Shown here in pieces: positions 52,776 to 62,661 of a stretch of 64,000 nucleotides of DNA. The stretch spans positions 1,152,001 through 1,216,000 of the forward strand of contig OY970061.1 in the NCBI GenBank assembly GCA_963705255.1, given 5' to 3'. This DNA is from an uncultured Methanoregulaceae archaeon (lineage in GTDB: Archaea > Halobacteriota > Methanomicrobia > Methanomicrobiales > Methanospirillaceae). A program made the translations under genes and the position numbers. The notes below the pieces were generated by a model. That model saw nothing but the letters and a program-made list of their open reading frames with translations. It was not told the origin of the DNA and did not search any database. Position 1 is the first letter of the stretch. Every line of letters starts with the position of its first letter.

Positions 52776-53363
52776 ATCACGACCGGTCTGATCCCCGTTT
52801 CTGATTCCATTCTTCCGTTCATTATCATCGGCATCCTCGTTATTGCCGGGATCATCCTCGCCGTGGTATACTGGAGAAGACGCAGGGTGAGACTACCATA
52901 TCACCGGCGGGCGGCGGTTCCGGCTGCACCCGGACCCAACCGTTTCGGGTACCAGCCGGAAGCAAGGCCCGTCCCGCTGGTAAGGCCCAGGACTGCAGTC
53001 AGTCAGGTACCAAAAATTACTCCGGTGCCGGAAGAGACCAGTGTCACGGAGGGAACGGCAGACATCACCCAGAGTCTCGGTGCAGTCGTCGCGAAATATT
53101 CGCTCGACGGGTTCACCATGGCCACCTCCGACGGGCTCGTGTTTGCTTCGAGCGGGGGAGATGATACCGGAGCGGAAGCTGCACGCTACAGCGGGATCTT
53201 CCGGAACGATCCCTTCTCAGAAACCCCCGGTGTCGTAATGTTCGGGTTCTCTCACAAGGGCTCCGAGCTTGTCGGCATCATCCGGTCTGACCACCCGGTA
53301 TCGGAGGAGACCAGGAAGAAGATCGAAAGAGACGCAGACGAGATCATACACCGGTGGATATGA
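52776..53363 (+). CDS. Membrane-anchored Roadblock-like protein (apparent ATC start)
   Basis: In-frame TM helix ILPFIIIGILVIAGIILAVVYWRRRR upstream of the track ORF; KYSLDGFTMATSDGLVFASS. Confidence 0.65.
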   Translation: MTTGLIPVSDSILPFIIIGILVIAGIILAVVYWRRRRVRLPYHRRAAVPAAPGPNRFGYQPEARPVPLVRPRTAVSQVPKITPVPEETSVTEGTADITQSLGAVVAKYSLDGFTMATSDGLVFASSGGDDTGAEAARYSGIFRNDPFSETPGVVMFGFSHKGSELVGIIRSDHPVSEETRKKIERDADEIIHRWI

Positions 53364-53433
53364 AAAAAAGAGGCCCGGACTCCAGTAATCTTATATAAAT
53401 TCAATAGAAATACTCATCACGGCAGGGGGTTTA

Positions 53434-54228
53434 ATGGTCAAGGTCTACACGATTGCTTCCGGAAAAGGAGGAACTGGGAAGACCACCGTGTCCGTGAACC
53501 TTGGTACCATGCTCGCACAGCTCGGCAAGGAGACCTACCTGATGGATGCCGATATCGGCATGGCGAATGTGGGCCTGTTGCTGGGCCTGCATGACGCACC
53601 GGTCACCCTCCATGAGATCCTTGCCGGAAAAGGAAACATCAACGATGCAATTTACGAGGGTCCGGCAGGGCTCAAGGTTATCCCGAGCGGCATCTCCCTC
53701 CAGGGGTTCCAGCAGGCAGACCCGGACAAGATCCGGGATGTCATGACCGAGCTCGTGAAACGCTGCGAGTTCCTCCTGATCGATGCCCCGGCCGGTATCA
53801 GCAAGGACGGTGTCGTCCCCCTTGCCGTTGCCGATGAAGTGATCCTTGTGGTGAACCCTGAACTTTCCTCCATCGTTGACGCCCTCAAGACCAAGATCCT
53901 GACCGAAGTTGTCGGGGGGCATGTCCTCGGTTCCATCATCAACCGTATCGACCAGGACAAGACCGATATCATAACCAGGAAGATGGAGAAAGTCCTCGGC
54001 GTGAAGGTCCTCGGGATCATCCCTGAAGACCCCAATATCCGGCGGTCATCGTCCGCAAAGACCCCCATTGTCATAAAGTTCCCGATGTCTCCCGCTTCGA
54101 AGGCAATCCGGAGGATCGCATCCGATCTCGTCGGAGTTGCCTACAAGGAAGAGAAGACTCCCGAAGTAAAGGAAGGGTTCATCGACCGGTTCAGCAAAGC
54201 ACTCTTCAAGAAAAAGTCCGAGAACTAG
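53434..54228 (+). CDS. minD: MinD-family ATPase
   Basis: SGKGGTGKTT deviant Walker A, DADIGMAN, IDAPAG, amphipathic tail FIDRFSKALF. Confidence 0.93.
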   Translation: MVKVYTIASGKGGTGKTTVSVNLGTMLAQLGKETYLMDADIGMANVGLLLGLHDAPVTLHEILAGKGNINDAIYEGPAGLKVIPSGISLQGFQQADPDKIRDVMTELVKRCEFLLIDAPAGISKDGVVPLAVADEVILVVNPELSSIVDALKTKILTEVVGGHVLGSIINRIDQDKTDIITRKMEKVLGVKVLGIIPEDPNIRRSSSAKTPIVIKFPMSPASKAIRRIASDLVGVAYKEEKTPEVKEGFIDRFSKALFKKKSEN

Positions 54229-54396
54229 CGTACGGTTTTTCTGTTGCAGTCTGTTTTCTGATTCCGGATTATTGAACCGCTTTTTCATTGTATTGACCCC
54301 GGTTCGCGATTCCTGAATTCTTTTTCGATAGAAATAACCTTTCATCCTGCCCCACATGGATACCGGTCACGAGAATTCGGACAGAAGAAATTTTTA

Positions 54397-54735
54397 CTCT
54401 GTTGAAACCCTATTTTTCTGATCATTTGCTTATACTCTCCTGCAGTTAGGAGGGTGACCCCCTCTCTCCCCCAGCGGGGGAGGCATCCCAAGGGGAGCGT
54501 CCCCTTGAATCTCTGAGAGGTCTTCAGACCTCGAAGAGGAGAAGATTTCATCAGAAGTCTTCGACCCGTTATTTCGGGTTTTTTCATCAACCTTCTGAGG
54601 AACTATCCCGATATGGGGGATGCCCCAGCGGCGGGGTCCGAAATGGTTCATCAGAACCATGAGGAGGAGAAGAATTCGCCAGAATTCTTCGACTGCGGGG
54701 GGTCGAAGAACGCTGATGCGTTCTTCTCCAGCCTC
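54397..54735 (-). mobile_element. ~190 bp dispersed repeat with inserted hairpins plus an adjacent inverted hairpin doublet
   Basis: Reverse-complement match to 34754-34938; GAAGAATTC-GCCA-GAATTCTTC and GAAGAACGC-TGAT-GCGTTCTTC at about 54665-54730. Confidence 0.75.
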
Positions 54736-54824
54736 ACCTCACGTTCCGTGAGGTTCGTCGCCCCCAAGAGCGACTGCATGTTTCTCTTGAGTGTTTCAAC
54801 AGAGCCGAAATTTTTACTCTGGAC

Positions 54825-55619
54825 CTACATCCGGCTTGTCGTCACCTTCATCCGGTCGGCCGTCTTCTCCTTGATGTGCATGAAGATGCTGAACAGCTTG
54901 TTCCTGTCGTCCTTGACCGGCCCTACGGTGACACTGGCCCTCCGGGTCTTTTTCGTCTTCGTCACTACGGCAGTATCGAAGTCATAGGTGATCTCGTGCA
55001 TCTGCTGGACCACTTCGGACAGCGGGTCGGGCAACTCCACGCCCCTTGCCTCGTTGATGAGCGTCAGCATATCCTTCCAGGAGTGCATCAGGATCTGATC
55101 CTCCGCACGCTCGATAAAGCTGACTGCGTAGGGATTGTAAAAGACGACCTTGCCCGTCGTGTCCATGATCAGGATCGCGTCGGAAGCCGTCATGATCTTC
55201 TTGGGTTCGCCAATCGGACAGGCAGGGTGATGTTTCTTCCGGATATCGTGGTTATACAGGGCGAGCTCGATGCCGGACAAGAGTTCCTTGTCCGTAAACG
55301 GCTTGATGATATAGCCGAGGGGCTGGGCCTGCTTCGCCCGCTCCAGGAGGTTGTTGTCACAGAATGCAGACAGGAAGACAATCGGGTAGTGGAAGAGGTT
55401 GAAGATGTACCGGGCGGCCGTGATCCCGTCCATCTGGCCGCTCAGGTGGATGTCCATCAGGACGAGGTCCGGTTCCAGTCTGGCTGACTTGAGGATCGAC
55501 TCTTCACCGGAACCGGTCTTCCCGGCAACGCTGTATCCCATGTGTTCCAGCATGGTTGTAATAAGGGTGCAGATGATCTCATCATCTTCTACAATAAGGA
55601 TGCGGGGAACTGGCACCAT
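54825..55619 (-). CDS. Response regulator, REC plus PAS, no output domain
   Basis: ILIVEDD, LMDIHL, YIIKPF, then PAS. Confidence 0.9.
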   Translation of the reverse strand: MVPVPRILIVEDDEIICTLITTMLEHMGYSVAGKTGSGEESILKSARLEPDLVLMDIHLSGQMDGITAARYIFNLFHYPIVFLSAFCDNNLLERAKQAQPLGYIIKPFTDKELLSGIELALYNHDIRKKHHPACPIGEPKKIMTASDAILIMDTTGKVVFYNPYAVSFIERAEDQILMHSWKDMLTLINEARGVELPDPLSEVVQQMHEITYDFDTAVVTKTKKTRRASVTVGPVKDDRNKLFSIFMHIKEKTADRMKVTTSRM

Positions 55620-55855
55620 GGCAGACCGGTATTTTTGTTCGTTCTCATTAACAGTAGATGGCGTGGCTATTTAAAAAGATTTATTCCGTTGTATCGGTAA
55701 TCGGGGCCATGCAGTGTTCGGGGATGCATCCCTGCCGGACGAGACCTGAACGGGGCTGACAGCCAACTCCGCGAGCGCCGGGAAATGAGATGCCGGACGG
55801 GATTTTTACTACCTTCAGAATAGTGATATCGTACACCGGAAACGATCCCCGGCAT

Positions 55856-56650
55856 TCACTTTGTAGCTGCTGCCATCTTGATCTGGCCAGGAGTTTTTTC
55901 CCTGATGTGCATGAGGACGCCAATCAGTTCGTGCTTTTCACCCTTTACCGGGCGGATCGTGACACTGACCTTTTTACTCTTGCCGGACTGCGTCACCATC
56001 CCGGTGTTGAACTCGAAGGTGACCACGAGCTTCTGCCTGACGACTTCAGGAACCGGGTCCGGGATCTCTTCGCCGGTCTGGTCATTGACCAGCATCATGA
56101 CCTCGCGCCAGTGATGCGTCAGGATTTCCGTTTCTGAGAGATCGAGGAACCTGAGCGTGTAGGAGTTGTAAAAAACAATCCTGCCCTGAATGTCCAGAAC
56201 GAGAACAGGGGCAAGTGCCGCCATAATCTTCCTGGGTTCACCTACCGGGTAGGCATCCAGATATTTTTTCCGGATGCTGTGGTTGTACAGGGCGAGTTCA
56301 ACGTTCGAGACGAGCTCCTTGTCCGTGAATGGCTTGAGGATATACCCCAGAGGCTGGGCAGTCTTTGCACGATCGAGCAGGTTGTCATCGCTGTGGGCAG
56401 TCAGGAACACAATCGGCATCTGGAAGAGCTGGAAGATATACTGGGCTGCCGTAACCCCGTCCATCTTCCCGCTCAGGCTGATGTCCATCAGGATGAGATC
56501 GGGCTCCAGCTCTGCGGCTTTGATGATCGCCTCTTCCCCGGAACCGATCCTGCCAACAATGCTGTACCCCTTGCGTTCCAGCATTATGGCGATCAAATTA
56601 CTGATAATCTCATCATCTTCCACAATCAGGATGCGTGGGATTGGCGCCAT
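55856..56650 (-). CDS. Response regulator, REC plus PAS; tandem paralogue
   Basis: Same length (264 aa) and collinear with 54825..55619. Confidence 0.9.
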   Translation of the reverse strand: MAPIPRILIVEDDEIISNLIAIMLERKGYSIVGRIGSGEEAIIKAAELEPDLILMDISLSGKMDGVTAAQYIFQLFQMPIVFLTAHSDDNLLDRAKTAQPLGYILKPFTDKELVSNVELALYNHSIRKKYLDAYPVGEPRKIMAALAPVLVLDIQGRIVFYNSYTLRFLDLSETEILTHHWREVMMLVNDQTGEEIPDPVPEVVRQKLVVTFEFNTGMVTQSGKSKKVSVTIRPVKGEKHELIGVLMHIREKTPGQIKMAAATK

Positions 56651-56705
56651 GAAGAATCCGTTTTTCGCGTAATTAAAAATGTGCGGAAGAGGTATTTAAA
56701 AAGGT

Positions 56706-57833
56706 TTATTCCGGTTTGTTGGTGATCGAGAAGACGCAGTGCTCGTCTCCCCTGGACTTGCACTTTACCTCTTTTGCCTGGACCCGTATCCCGAACGAGC
56801 CCTCGATGATCCCCGCGAGGAGGCCGGCCGTGCAGAAGCAGACGTTCCTGCCGGTATTGCCAAACGATTCCGACTCGACCGTGTGGGAGAGGGTGATCGT
56901 CTTGGTCTTGGCTTTCTCGTCCCATTCCTCCCTGACCACGTTGAACCAGCCCATCTGGGAGTAGAACGTGAATGCCATATCGGAGAGCGTCTTGGGGTTG
57001 GTTATGCCCATCTTCTTGTAATGCTCCACGTTCTCCTTCCCCATGTCCATGTAGGCCCGGTAGTTGACGCCGCTTGCAGGGACCTCGCCCATGGTCTTCT
57101 TGAGCGAGGTCGTCATGGACGTGAAGATGAACCTCGGCATCATGACCACCGGCTCGTCGATCAGCTGGATCTTGCCTTCGAGCGGCTTGTGCTCGATGAA
57201 CTCGGTGATCGCCGAATCGCCCCGGACAACAGCCTCCGCCTTGAACTTCCAGCTCGGCTCCACCTGATCGGCGACAAACTCGCAGTACTCGTCGCCTTTT
57301 GCATGGCAGGCCTTCTCAAGACAGAACCACGTCTTCCCGGTCACCGCTTTCAGGACACCTTCGATCCAGCCCTGGTGGATCCCGCAGACCGGCATGTTCC
57401 AGTCCTTTAAGACTTCGGACTCGAAGGTGTGCTTCGTGCGGAGGACGACCCGCTTCTCACCGGCTTCGAGGAGCTCGAACGGGGCACCCCATCCCTGCTG
57501 GTGCTGGAGCTTGAAGACGAGCATCAGGAACTCGGCCGGTGGTAAGTCCATGCCGAGTTTTTTTAACAGGTTGTTCAGGCCTACCGAACCCATCCCGACA
57601 GAACGGAAGAGTTTGCGCACCGCCTTCACGGCAAGTTTCCTGTTGAGGTTTGTCTCGTACATCTCGTAAATGGCTTTTACGAGATAGTTCGGGTTGCTTG
57701 CGGTTTTTACGCCGAAAACAGAATAAGCGCCGGCGAGAGGGTCAAGCTCGATATACGGGGTGATGGTCTTTTCACCCCTCATGAGCGCCTCGAAGTCTTC
57801 ACGTCCGATCTTCATGGTGGAGTGTTCTGTCAT
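56706..57833 (-). CDS. Tandem V4R-domain protein
   Basis: QGWG..FES..PVCGIHQGWIEG..EKACHAKGDEYCEF and MGW..ES..VCFCTAGLLAG..EVKCKSRGDEHCVF. Confidence 0.88.
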   Translation of the reverse strand: MTEHSTMKIGREDFEALMRGEKTITPYIELDPLAGAYSVFGVKTASNPNYLVKAIYEMYETNLNRKLAVKAVRKLFRSVGMGSVGLNNLLKKLGMDLPPAEFLMLVFKLQHQQGWGAPFELLEAGEKRVVLRTKHTFESEVLKDWNMPVCGIHQGWIEGVLKAVTGKTWFCLEKACHAKGDEYCEFVADQVEPSWKFKAEAVVRGDSAITEFIEHKPLEGKIQLIDEPVVMMPRFIFTSMTTSLKKTMGEVPASGVNYRAYMDMGKENVEHYKKMGITNPKTLSDMAFTFYSQMGWFNVVREEWDEKAKTKTITLSHTVESESFGNTGRNVCFCTAGLLAGIIEGSFGIRVQAKEVKCKSRGDEHCVFSITNKPE

Positions 57834-57916
57834 AATCCAATTAAAGGATTTCTCTTATCCTGCGGGGCAGCCCCGCGGAAACGGGATAAAAAAGGGAACG
57901 GGAGCAGAAATGAAGG

Positions 57917-58528
57917 CTAAAGTTCAAGGGCAAAATGCGTGTCCGCCTCATCGAACATGATATGGAATGAAGTGATCACCTGGTTGCGGTCCTGGACGAT
58001 GCAGTCGTACCCGCCGTACATGACCCTGAAGCCGGCGCTGCCATCCTGCGTGGTGATATCGCTGCCGACAATCTGGCCATCCTTCCGTATCGAGACCCGC
58101 AGCCCGTTCTGGGGTTCCCTGTCCCGGAGGACGGTCAGGGAGAGCAGCCCGATACCAGAACTCTTCTTCCCGATCTCGGGCAGAACGTACGCGATGCTCT
58201 TCCCCAGGTGCGTCTTCTCGAAGATCCTGCACCCCATGACCACGGCATCGACAATATCCGGCTTGATGTCGCAGAGTACAAATTTTTCATGGCCGGTGAT
58301 CCGTATGAGCGCCTTGTCCCCGTACAGTTCCCCCTTCCCGTCGATATAGATAGCCCCTTCGGGTTCCCCCCGGACAAGCGCAAGGCAGAGTTCATATTCC
58401 GTCTCCTTTGCAACGGCAAGACCGCTCACACTCCCGTCACCCGCGAACCTGAGCAGATCGGGGAGCGTGAACGTACCGAGGGATTGTGAGCCTGTAAGAA
58501 TATTTTCGATCAGGTCCTGGATTCTCAT
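57917..58528 (-). CDS. DUF2226/PATAN-like N-domain plus beta-sandwich C-domain protein
   Basis: LPDLLRFA..SGLAVA..LALVRGEPEGAIY..GELYGDKAL; C-terminal ITTQDGSAGF..GGYDCIV. Confidence 0.55.
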   Translation of the reverse strand: MRIQDLIENILTGSQSLGTFTLPDLLRFAGDGSVSGLAVAKETEYELCLALVRGEPEGAIYIDGKGELYGDKALIRITGHEKFVLCDIKPDIVDAVVMGCRIFEKTHLGKSIAYVLPEIGKKSSGIGLLSLTVLRDREPQNGLRVSIRKDGQIVGSDITTQDGSAGFRVMYGGYDCIVQDRNQVITSFHIMFDEADTHFALEL

Positions 58529-58695
58529 GCAAGATGTACCGTCGTATGGATCAGGGGGGCGGTTTTTCAGCCGTGCGATCCTGGTTCAAGGGAGTATTCG
58601 CGAGCGGATATTATATAAGTGCGGTGGGCGGCCGGTGCCGGCCGCCTCTCCATCGCCATACATAAGTGCTCGGGAAAAGAGATCAGTATGGATTT

Positions 58696-59910
58696 ATGGA
58701 AGTATTCTACCCCATGGCGATCTCGGCGGTTGCGGTCCTTGCCACCCTGGTCTATGCCTCGTATCTCGATATCAGGGACCGGCGCGTGCCATTCATCACC
58801 TGGATGCCGATGCTCGCGATAGGTATTGTCTGCACCTCCATCCTTCTCTGGCAGACAACGGTGAACGCAAGTCTTGTGACCGGTTACCTTGCTCTCGTTG
58901 CAAGCTTCCTCTACGCGGATTACCTGGACAACCGGGGCAGGACGGATTCCCTCTGGCTGACCGGGTATTATGCGAAGTCGCGGATGTTCTGGTACCTTAT
59001 TCCCGTGATCGCCCTGCCGGTGCTCTCGTGGTTTGTGCTCCCACGGTCGGTGAACCCCCAGATCATCCCATGGTTCGTGATGTTTGCCGGTATTTTTGCC
59101 TATGCCACGTATATGGAATACAAGAACGTTCCTGAGGCGATGTCCCGGAAGAAGAAGCGGAAGAATCAGGAGCCGGCAGCAGCTGATGTGAAGGATGCGA
59201 TCAGCCGCTGGTATTTCGTACTGATCATCCTGATCTTCGCGATCGTCTCGCTCCTGATGCTCTTCAGCTCCAGTGCCGGCGCTGCGCCCGGGTGGGGCCA
59301 GCCTGCCATCGTGATCCTGCTGCTCTCCGTCTTCTGCGGTGTATTCTACGTCTTTGGCAGGAAGAACCTCTTTGGCGGGGCCGATGCCTCGGCATTGATC
59401 TTCATCTCATTCTGCGTCCCCACGTTTCCCTTCACCCCTCTCCTCGGGACCCCTCCGCTCGGCTTTCTCTCCTTCACAGTCCTGATCAATGCGCTCCTGC
59501 TGAACCTTGCGGCGCCAATCGGGATCTTCCTCATCAATATCTTCCGTGGAAACCGGGCACCACTCATGTACATGTTCTTCGGCTTCCCGGTCAAGGGGGC
59601 AGAGATCCAGAAGGAATGGGGCTTCGTGATGGAGGATTTCGAGGAGACGAACGGGTCGATCTCCCGGAAGTTCATCGGATTCTCCGATTCAATCCGCCGG
59701 ATGCTGGATGGGGAAGGGCGGATCTATACCAAGGATCTCCGGGAGCACCCGGAGGATTTTGCCGATGAACTCGCCACGTACCGGAAAGCCGGAAACGTCT
59801 GGATCTGGTACGCGGTCCCGTTCATCATCCCCATCACCGCGGGTTTTGTTACAGCGGTCGTCTTAGGGGACTTCCTCTTTGCGATCATGAAGATCTTCAC
59901 GGGGGCCTGA
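58696..59910 (+). CDS. Prepilin/prearchaellin peptidase (A24, FlaK/PibD-like)
   Basis: [33 protein letters not shown]; many TM helices. Confidence 0.88.
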   Translation: MEVFYPMAISAVAVLATLVYASYLDIRDRRVPFITWMPMLAIGIVCTSILLWQTTVNASLVTGYLALVASFLYADYLDNRGRTDSLWLTGYYAKSRMFWYLIPVIALPVLSWFVLPRSVNPQIIPWFVMFAGIFAYATYMEYKNVPEAMSRKKKRKNQEPAAADVKDAISRWYFVLIILIFAIVSLLMLFSSSAGAAPGWGQPAIVILLLSVFCGVFYVFGRKNLFGGADASALIFISFCVPTFPFTPLLGTPPLGFLSFTVLINALLLNLAAPIGIFLINIFRGNRAPLMYMFFGFPVKGAEIQKEWGFVMEDFEETNGSISRKFIGFSDSIRRMLDGEGRIYTKDLREHPEDFADELATYRKAGNVWIWYAVPFIIPITAGFVTAVVLGDFLFAIMKIFTGA

Positions 59911-59917
59911 AGACGGC

Positions 59918-60286
59918 ATGCCGGACCTGAAATTCCAGGACGGGCTCATCCCGGTGATCGTGCAGGATGCGAAAAGCCGCGAGGTGCTGATGATGGCCTA
60001 TGCCAGCGAAGAGGCCGTACGGCTCACACGGGAGACCGGCTTTGCCCACTACTACAGCCGGAGCAGGAAGAAACTCTGGAAGAAGGGCGAGGAGAGCGGC
60101 CACTTCCAGAAGGTGGAGAGGATCCTCACCGACTGCGACGACGACTGCCTGATCTACGAGGTGGTGCAGACGGGTGCCGCCTGCCACATGGGCTACGTGT
60201 CCTGCTTCTACCGCACGCTTGACGGGAGGGTCGTGGGGACGAAGGTGTTCGACCCGGAGAAGGTCTACAAGAAACAGGGGCATTAA
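59918..60286 (+). CDS. hisI: Phosphoribosyl-AMP cyclohydrolase
   Basis: [32 protein letters not shown]. Confidence 0.97.
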   Translation: MPDLKFQDGLIPVIVQDAKSREVLMMAYASEEAVRLTRETGFAHYYSRSRKKLWKKGEESGHFQKVERILTDCDDDCLIYEVVQTGAACHMGYVSCFYRTLDGRVVGTKVFDPEKVYKKQGH

Positions 60287-60338
60287 AGCACGGGAAAATT
60301 TCTTTTTTGGTTTTGGAGAATGCTCAAAGATAATATTA

Positions 60339-60549
60339 TGACGCTCATGGGGGAGACCGATACGAAGTATCGGGCTGGAGAAGAGCCATCAGGCTCTTCG
60401 ACCCATATGCCTCGAAGAACTCTGATGAGTTCTTCTTATCCTCGAGGTCCTGATAAACCTCTTCGGAACTCGAAGAACTCTGATGAGTTCTTCTTATCCT
60501 CGAGGTCCTGATAAACCTCTTCGGAACTCGAAGAACTCTGATGAGTTCT
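60339..60549. repeat. 64-bp dispersed repeat followed by a 58-bp tandem repeat (about 2.4 copies)
   Basis: Units start at 60411, 60469 and 60527, each with GAAGAACTC-TGAT-GAGTTCT. Confidence 0.9.
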
Positions 60550-61158
60550 CCTTGTCCTTTCCTAGCCTTGACAGTCCGCGAGAGTACCTCCAAAATACGC
60601 CCTCGAAGAATCTGTCCTGGATTCTTTCGAAGAACTCTGTTCTTCTCCTGTTTCGGGTCTTATGACCCTCATCATTCTCATGCCCCTTCCTGATGGAACG
60701 GGGCACTCTACGGGCTCCGATTCCCTGTTTTTCCGGACACAGAGACAGTAATTCCGGAAAATGAGACATTAATTCATGCAATTCCGGTCATTTTTACTTC
60801 GGAAAACATGAGACGCTATTTGGGTGTATTTGGAAGGCGAAAAGGGGGGGGGGGACAGGTTTTAGCCTGTCTCTGCATATTTTCCAGCTCCGGATGGTTT
60901 CCCTGACGGGTAATTCTGAGTACCTCCCATCCGGGCCCGAAGCGGGCTCCGTTTACCCATTTCCGGAGGCTTACCGTGTCATAATTCGGAGAACTCTGAT
61001 GGAAATACACAATCAACTGTGAATAAAAATGAATTCCTTATTTGGAAAATTTTTTGAAAAGCATCAGTCGTTGTCAACCTTTTTTGTTCAAACTCTTAAT
61101 TGCCTCACTTTCAAATAGTAACTCAATTTCCCTTCACTATCGTACGGTCAGATCCAAA

Positions 61159-62319
61159 TTACATGAAGAATTTTTCATCAATCTTAATTCCAGCAGCATC
61201 AATTTCTTTTGCGATTTTTTTCTTCCACTCTCCTTTCTGATCAAGCGGTGTGTAAAGGAGACCGTCAATATCAGAAGGACGTTCAATGTCACTTTCGCAA
61301 AGTGCTGCAACCCTACCACGTCCAAGTTTTGCAATAAAATAGCCAAACTCAAAAATCACATTTTGTCTTGCTCTCGGTTTTAGAAGGGAAGATATTTCTT
61401 CTATCCATTTAATGAATTGACCTTTTAGAATTTCACGTTCTTTGTCTGAAATACCCTCTAGTAACTTGGGATTTATGAGGCAGTTGAATAAAAATAAGTC
61501 GTTAGTTGTTGCTTGCCCACTTGGTAATACACCTCCAAAGTCGTCTTCTGTTAATATAATTACAGCAAAACCAACGTCGGAGTAGTGTTCCACTTTCTCA
61601 ATAATCGTTTTACCAAGACTTACTTGTTTATGAAGAATGATTGGTTCAAGGTCAATAGAGATGAGAAATTCTTCCACTTCACTTTTTATTTTCTCATCCT
61701 GTCCATGAACAATGAAGACTTTACGATTACTAGGTCTTTCTTTAACCATTGAATCCGCATTATCTTTGGGTATAATAACAGGTTCGTCTTGAATTTCGGT
61801 AGGTTCTGGATCAAGGATTGACAAAATTGCATCTGAATCATACCCTGCAAATTTTAAAAACATCCGTACATCTTCGTCATCATCGCATATATCAACCAAA
61901 TCGAGCGCGATTATTCGTATTAAGGCATCATGTATTGGAATAGGTTCCCAAGTATTCAAATTGCGATTGTATTGTGAATAATATGTTAAAAAAGAAACAA
62001 CAATTTCAACAAATTGTATGTTTTTTGAACTGTATATCTCAGTCAAAAGATCCTTTAAGAATGGTTTTACAAGGGCTTCTGGAAAATTTCTAAAATCAAC
62101 TACTAATTTTCCAGATGTGGTAAGTGAATGTTTTAATGGAACAGGGATACCGAATTCTTGATGAAGGGAAGTGACAATTGTATCCCTACTTTTCTCTAAC
62201 CCATTTTCCTCACAAAACAACTCAAATTTATTCGATTTAAAAAAACCACGAAGCCCTAGTAGTTGCAAATGAACATATAATTTTTTAAGAACTCTTTCGA
62301 TTTCATTACGAGTTTCCAT
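61159..62319 (-). CDS. TIR-like (Cap12/Pycsar-effector type) domain protein, AT-rich
   Basis: KVFIVHGQD, LEPIILH, GKTIIEK, FAVIILTEDD, PRARQNVIFEFGYF, PSDIDG. Confidence 0.88.
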   Translation of the reverse strand: METRNEIERVLKKLYVHLQLLGLRGFFKSNKFELFCEENGLEKSRDTIVTSLHQEFGIPVPLKHSLTTSGKLVVDFRNFPEALVKPFLKDLLTEIYSSKNIQFVEIVVSFLTYYSQYNRNLNTWEPIPIHDALIRIIALDLVDICDDDEDVRMFLKFAGYDSDAILSILDPEPTEIQDEPVIIPKDNADSMVKERPSNRKVFIVHGQDEKIKSEVEEFLISIDLEPIILHKQVSLGKTIIEKVEHYSDVGFAVIILTEDDFGGVLPSGQATTNDLFLFNCLINPKLLEGISDKEREILKGQFIKWIEEISSLLKPRARQNVIFEFGYFIAKLGRGRVAALCESDIERPSDIDGLLYTPLDQKGEWKKKIAKEIDAAGIKIDEKFFM

Positions 62320-62661
62320 AAATCTCAATCAGTAATTTCACACACTCATAACTATTAAAATGACCTTTTCCAGTGATCGTTTTAGGTGCCGTTATCGTTA
62401 TTCTCATATACAGACCTGAACAAAAAAGTAACCCCGGAGTGTATAAAGAGCGTAATTGTTCGAAGAATTTGAAAAATCGGATACTACCAACAAATACATT
62501 GTTGACTGTGATAAAATTAAAAAAGAGTTTCAACCTTAATTTCACGGAGTTTTTTCATTAAGTTTTCTAAATGAACTCAATAATGAATTCTTATTCCAAT
62601 AAACGCGCAATAATGATACACGCGCATTAATATATATTCTAAAAATGTATTAATTCAAGCA

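Noticed and set aside
60411-60549. CRISPR array
   Set aside because: The 58-bp units are identical with no unique spacers, and no cas genes are in the window
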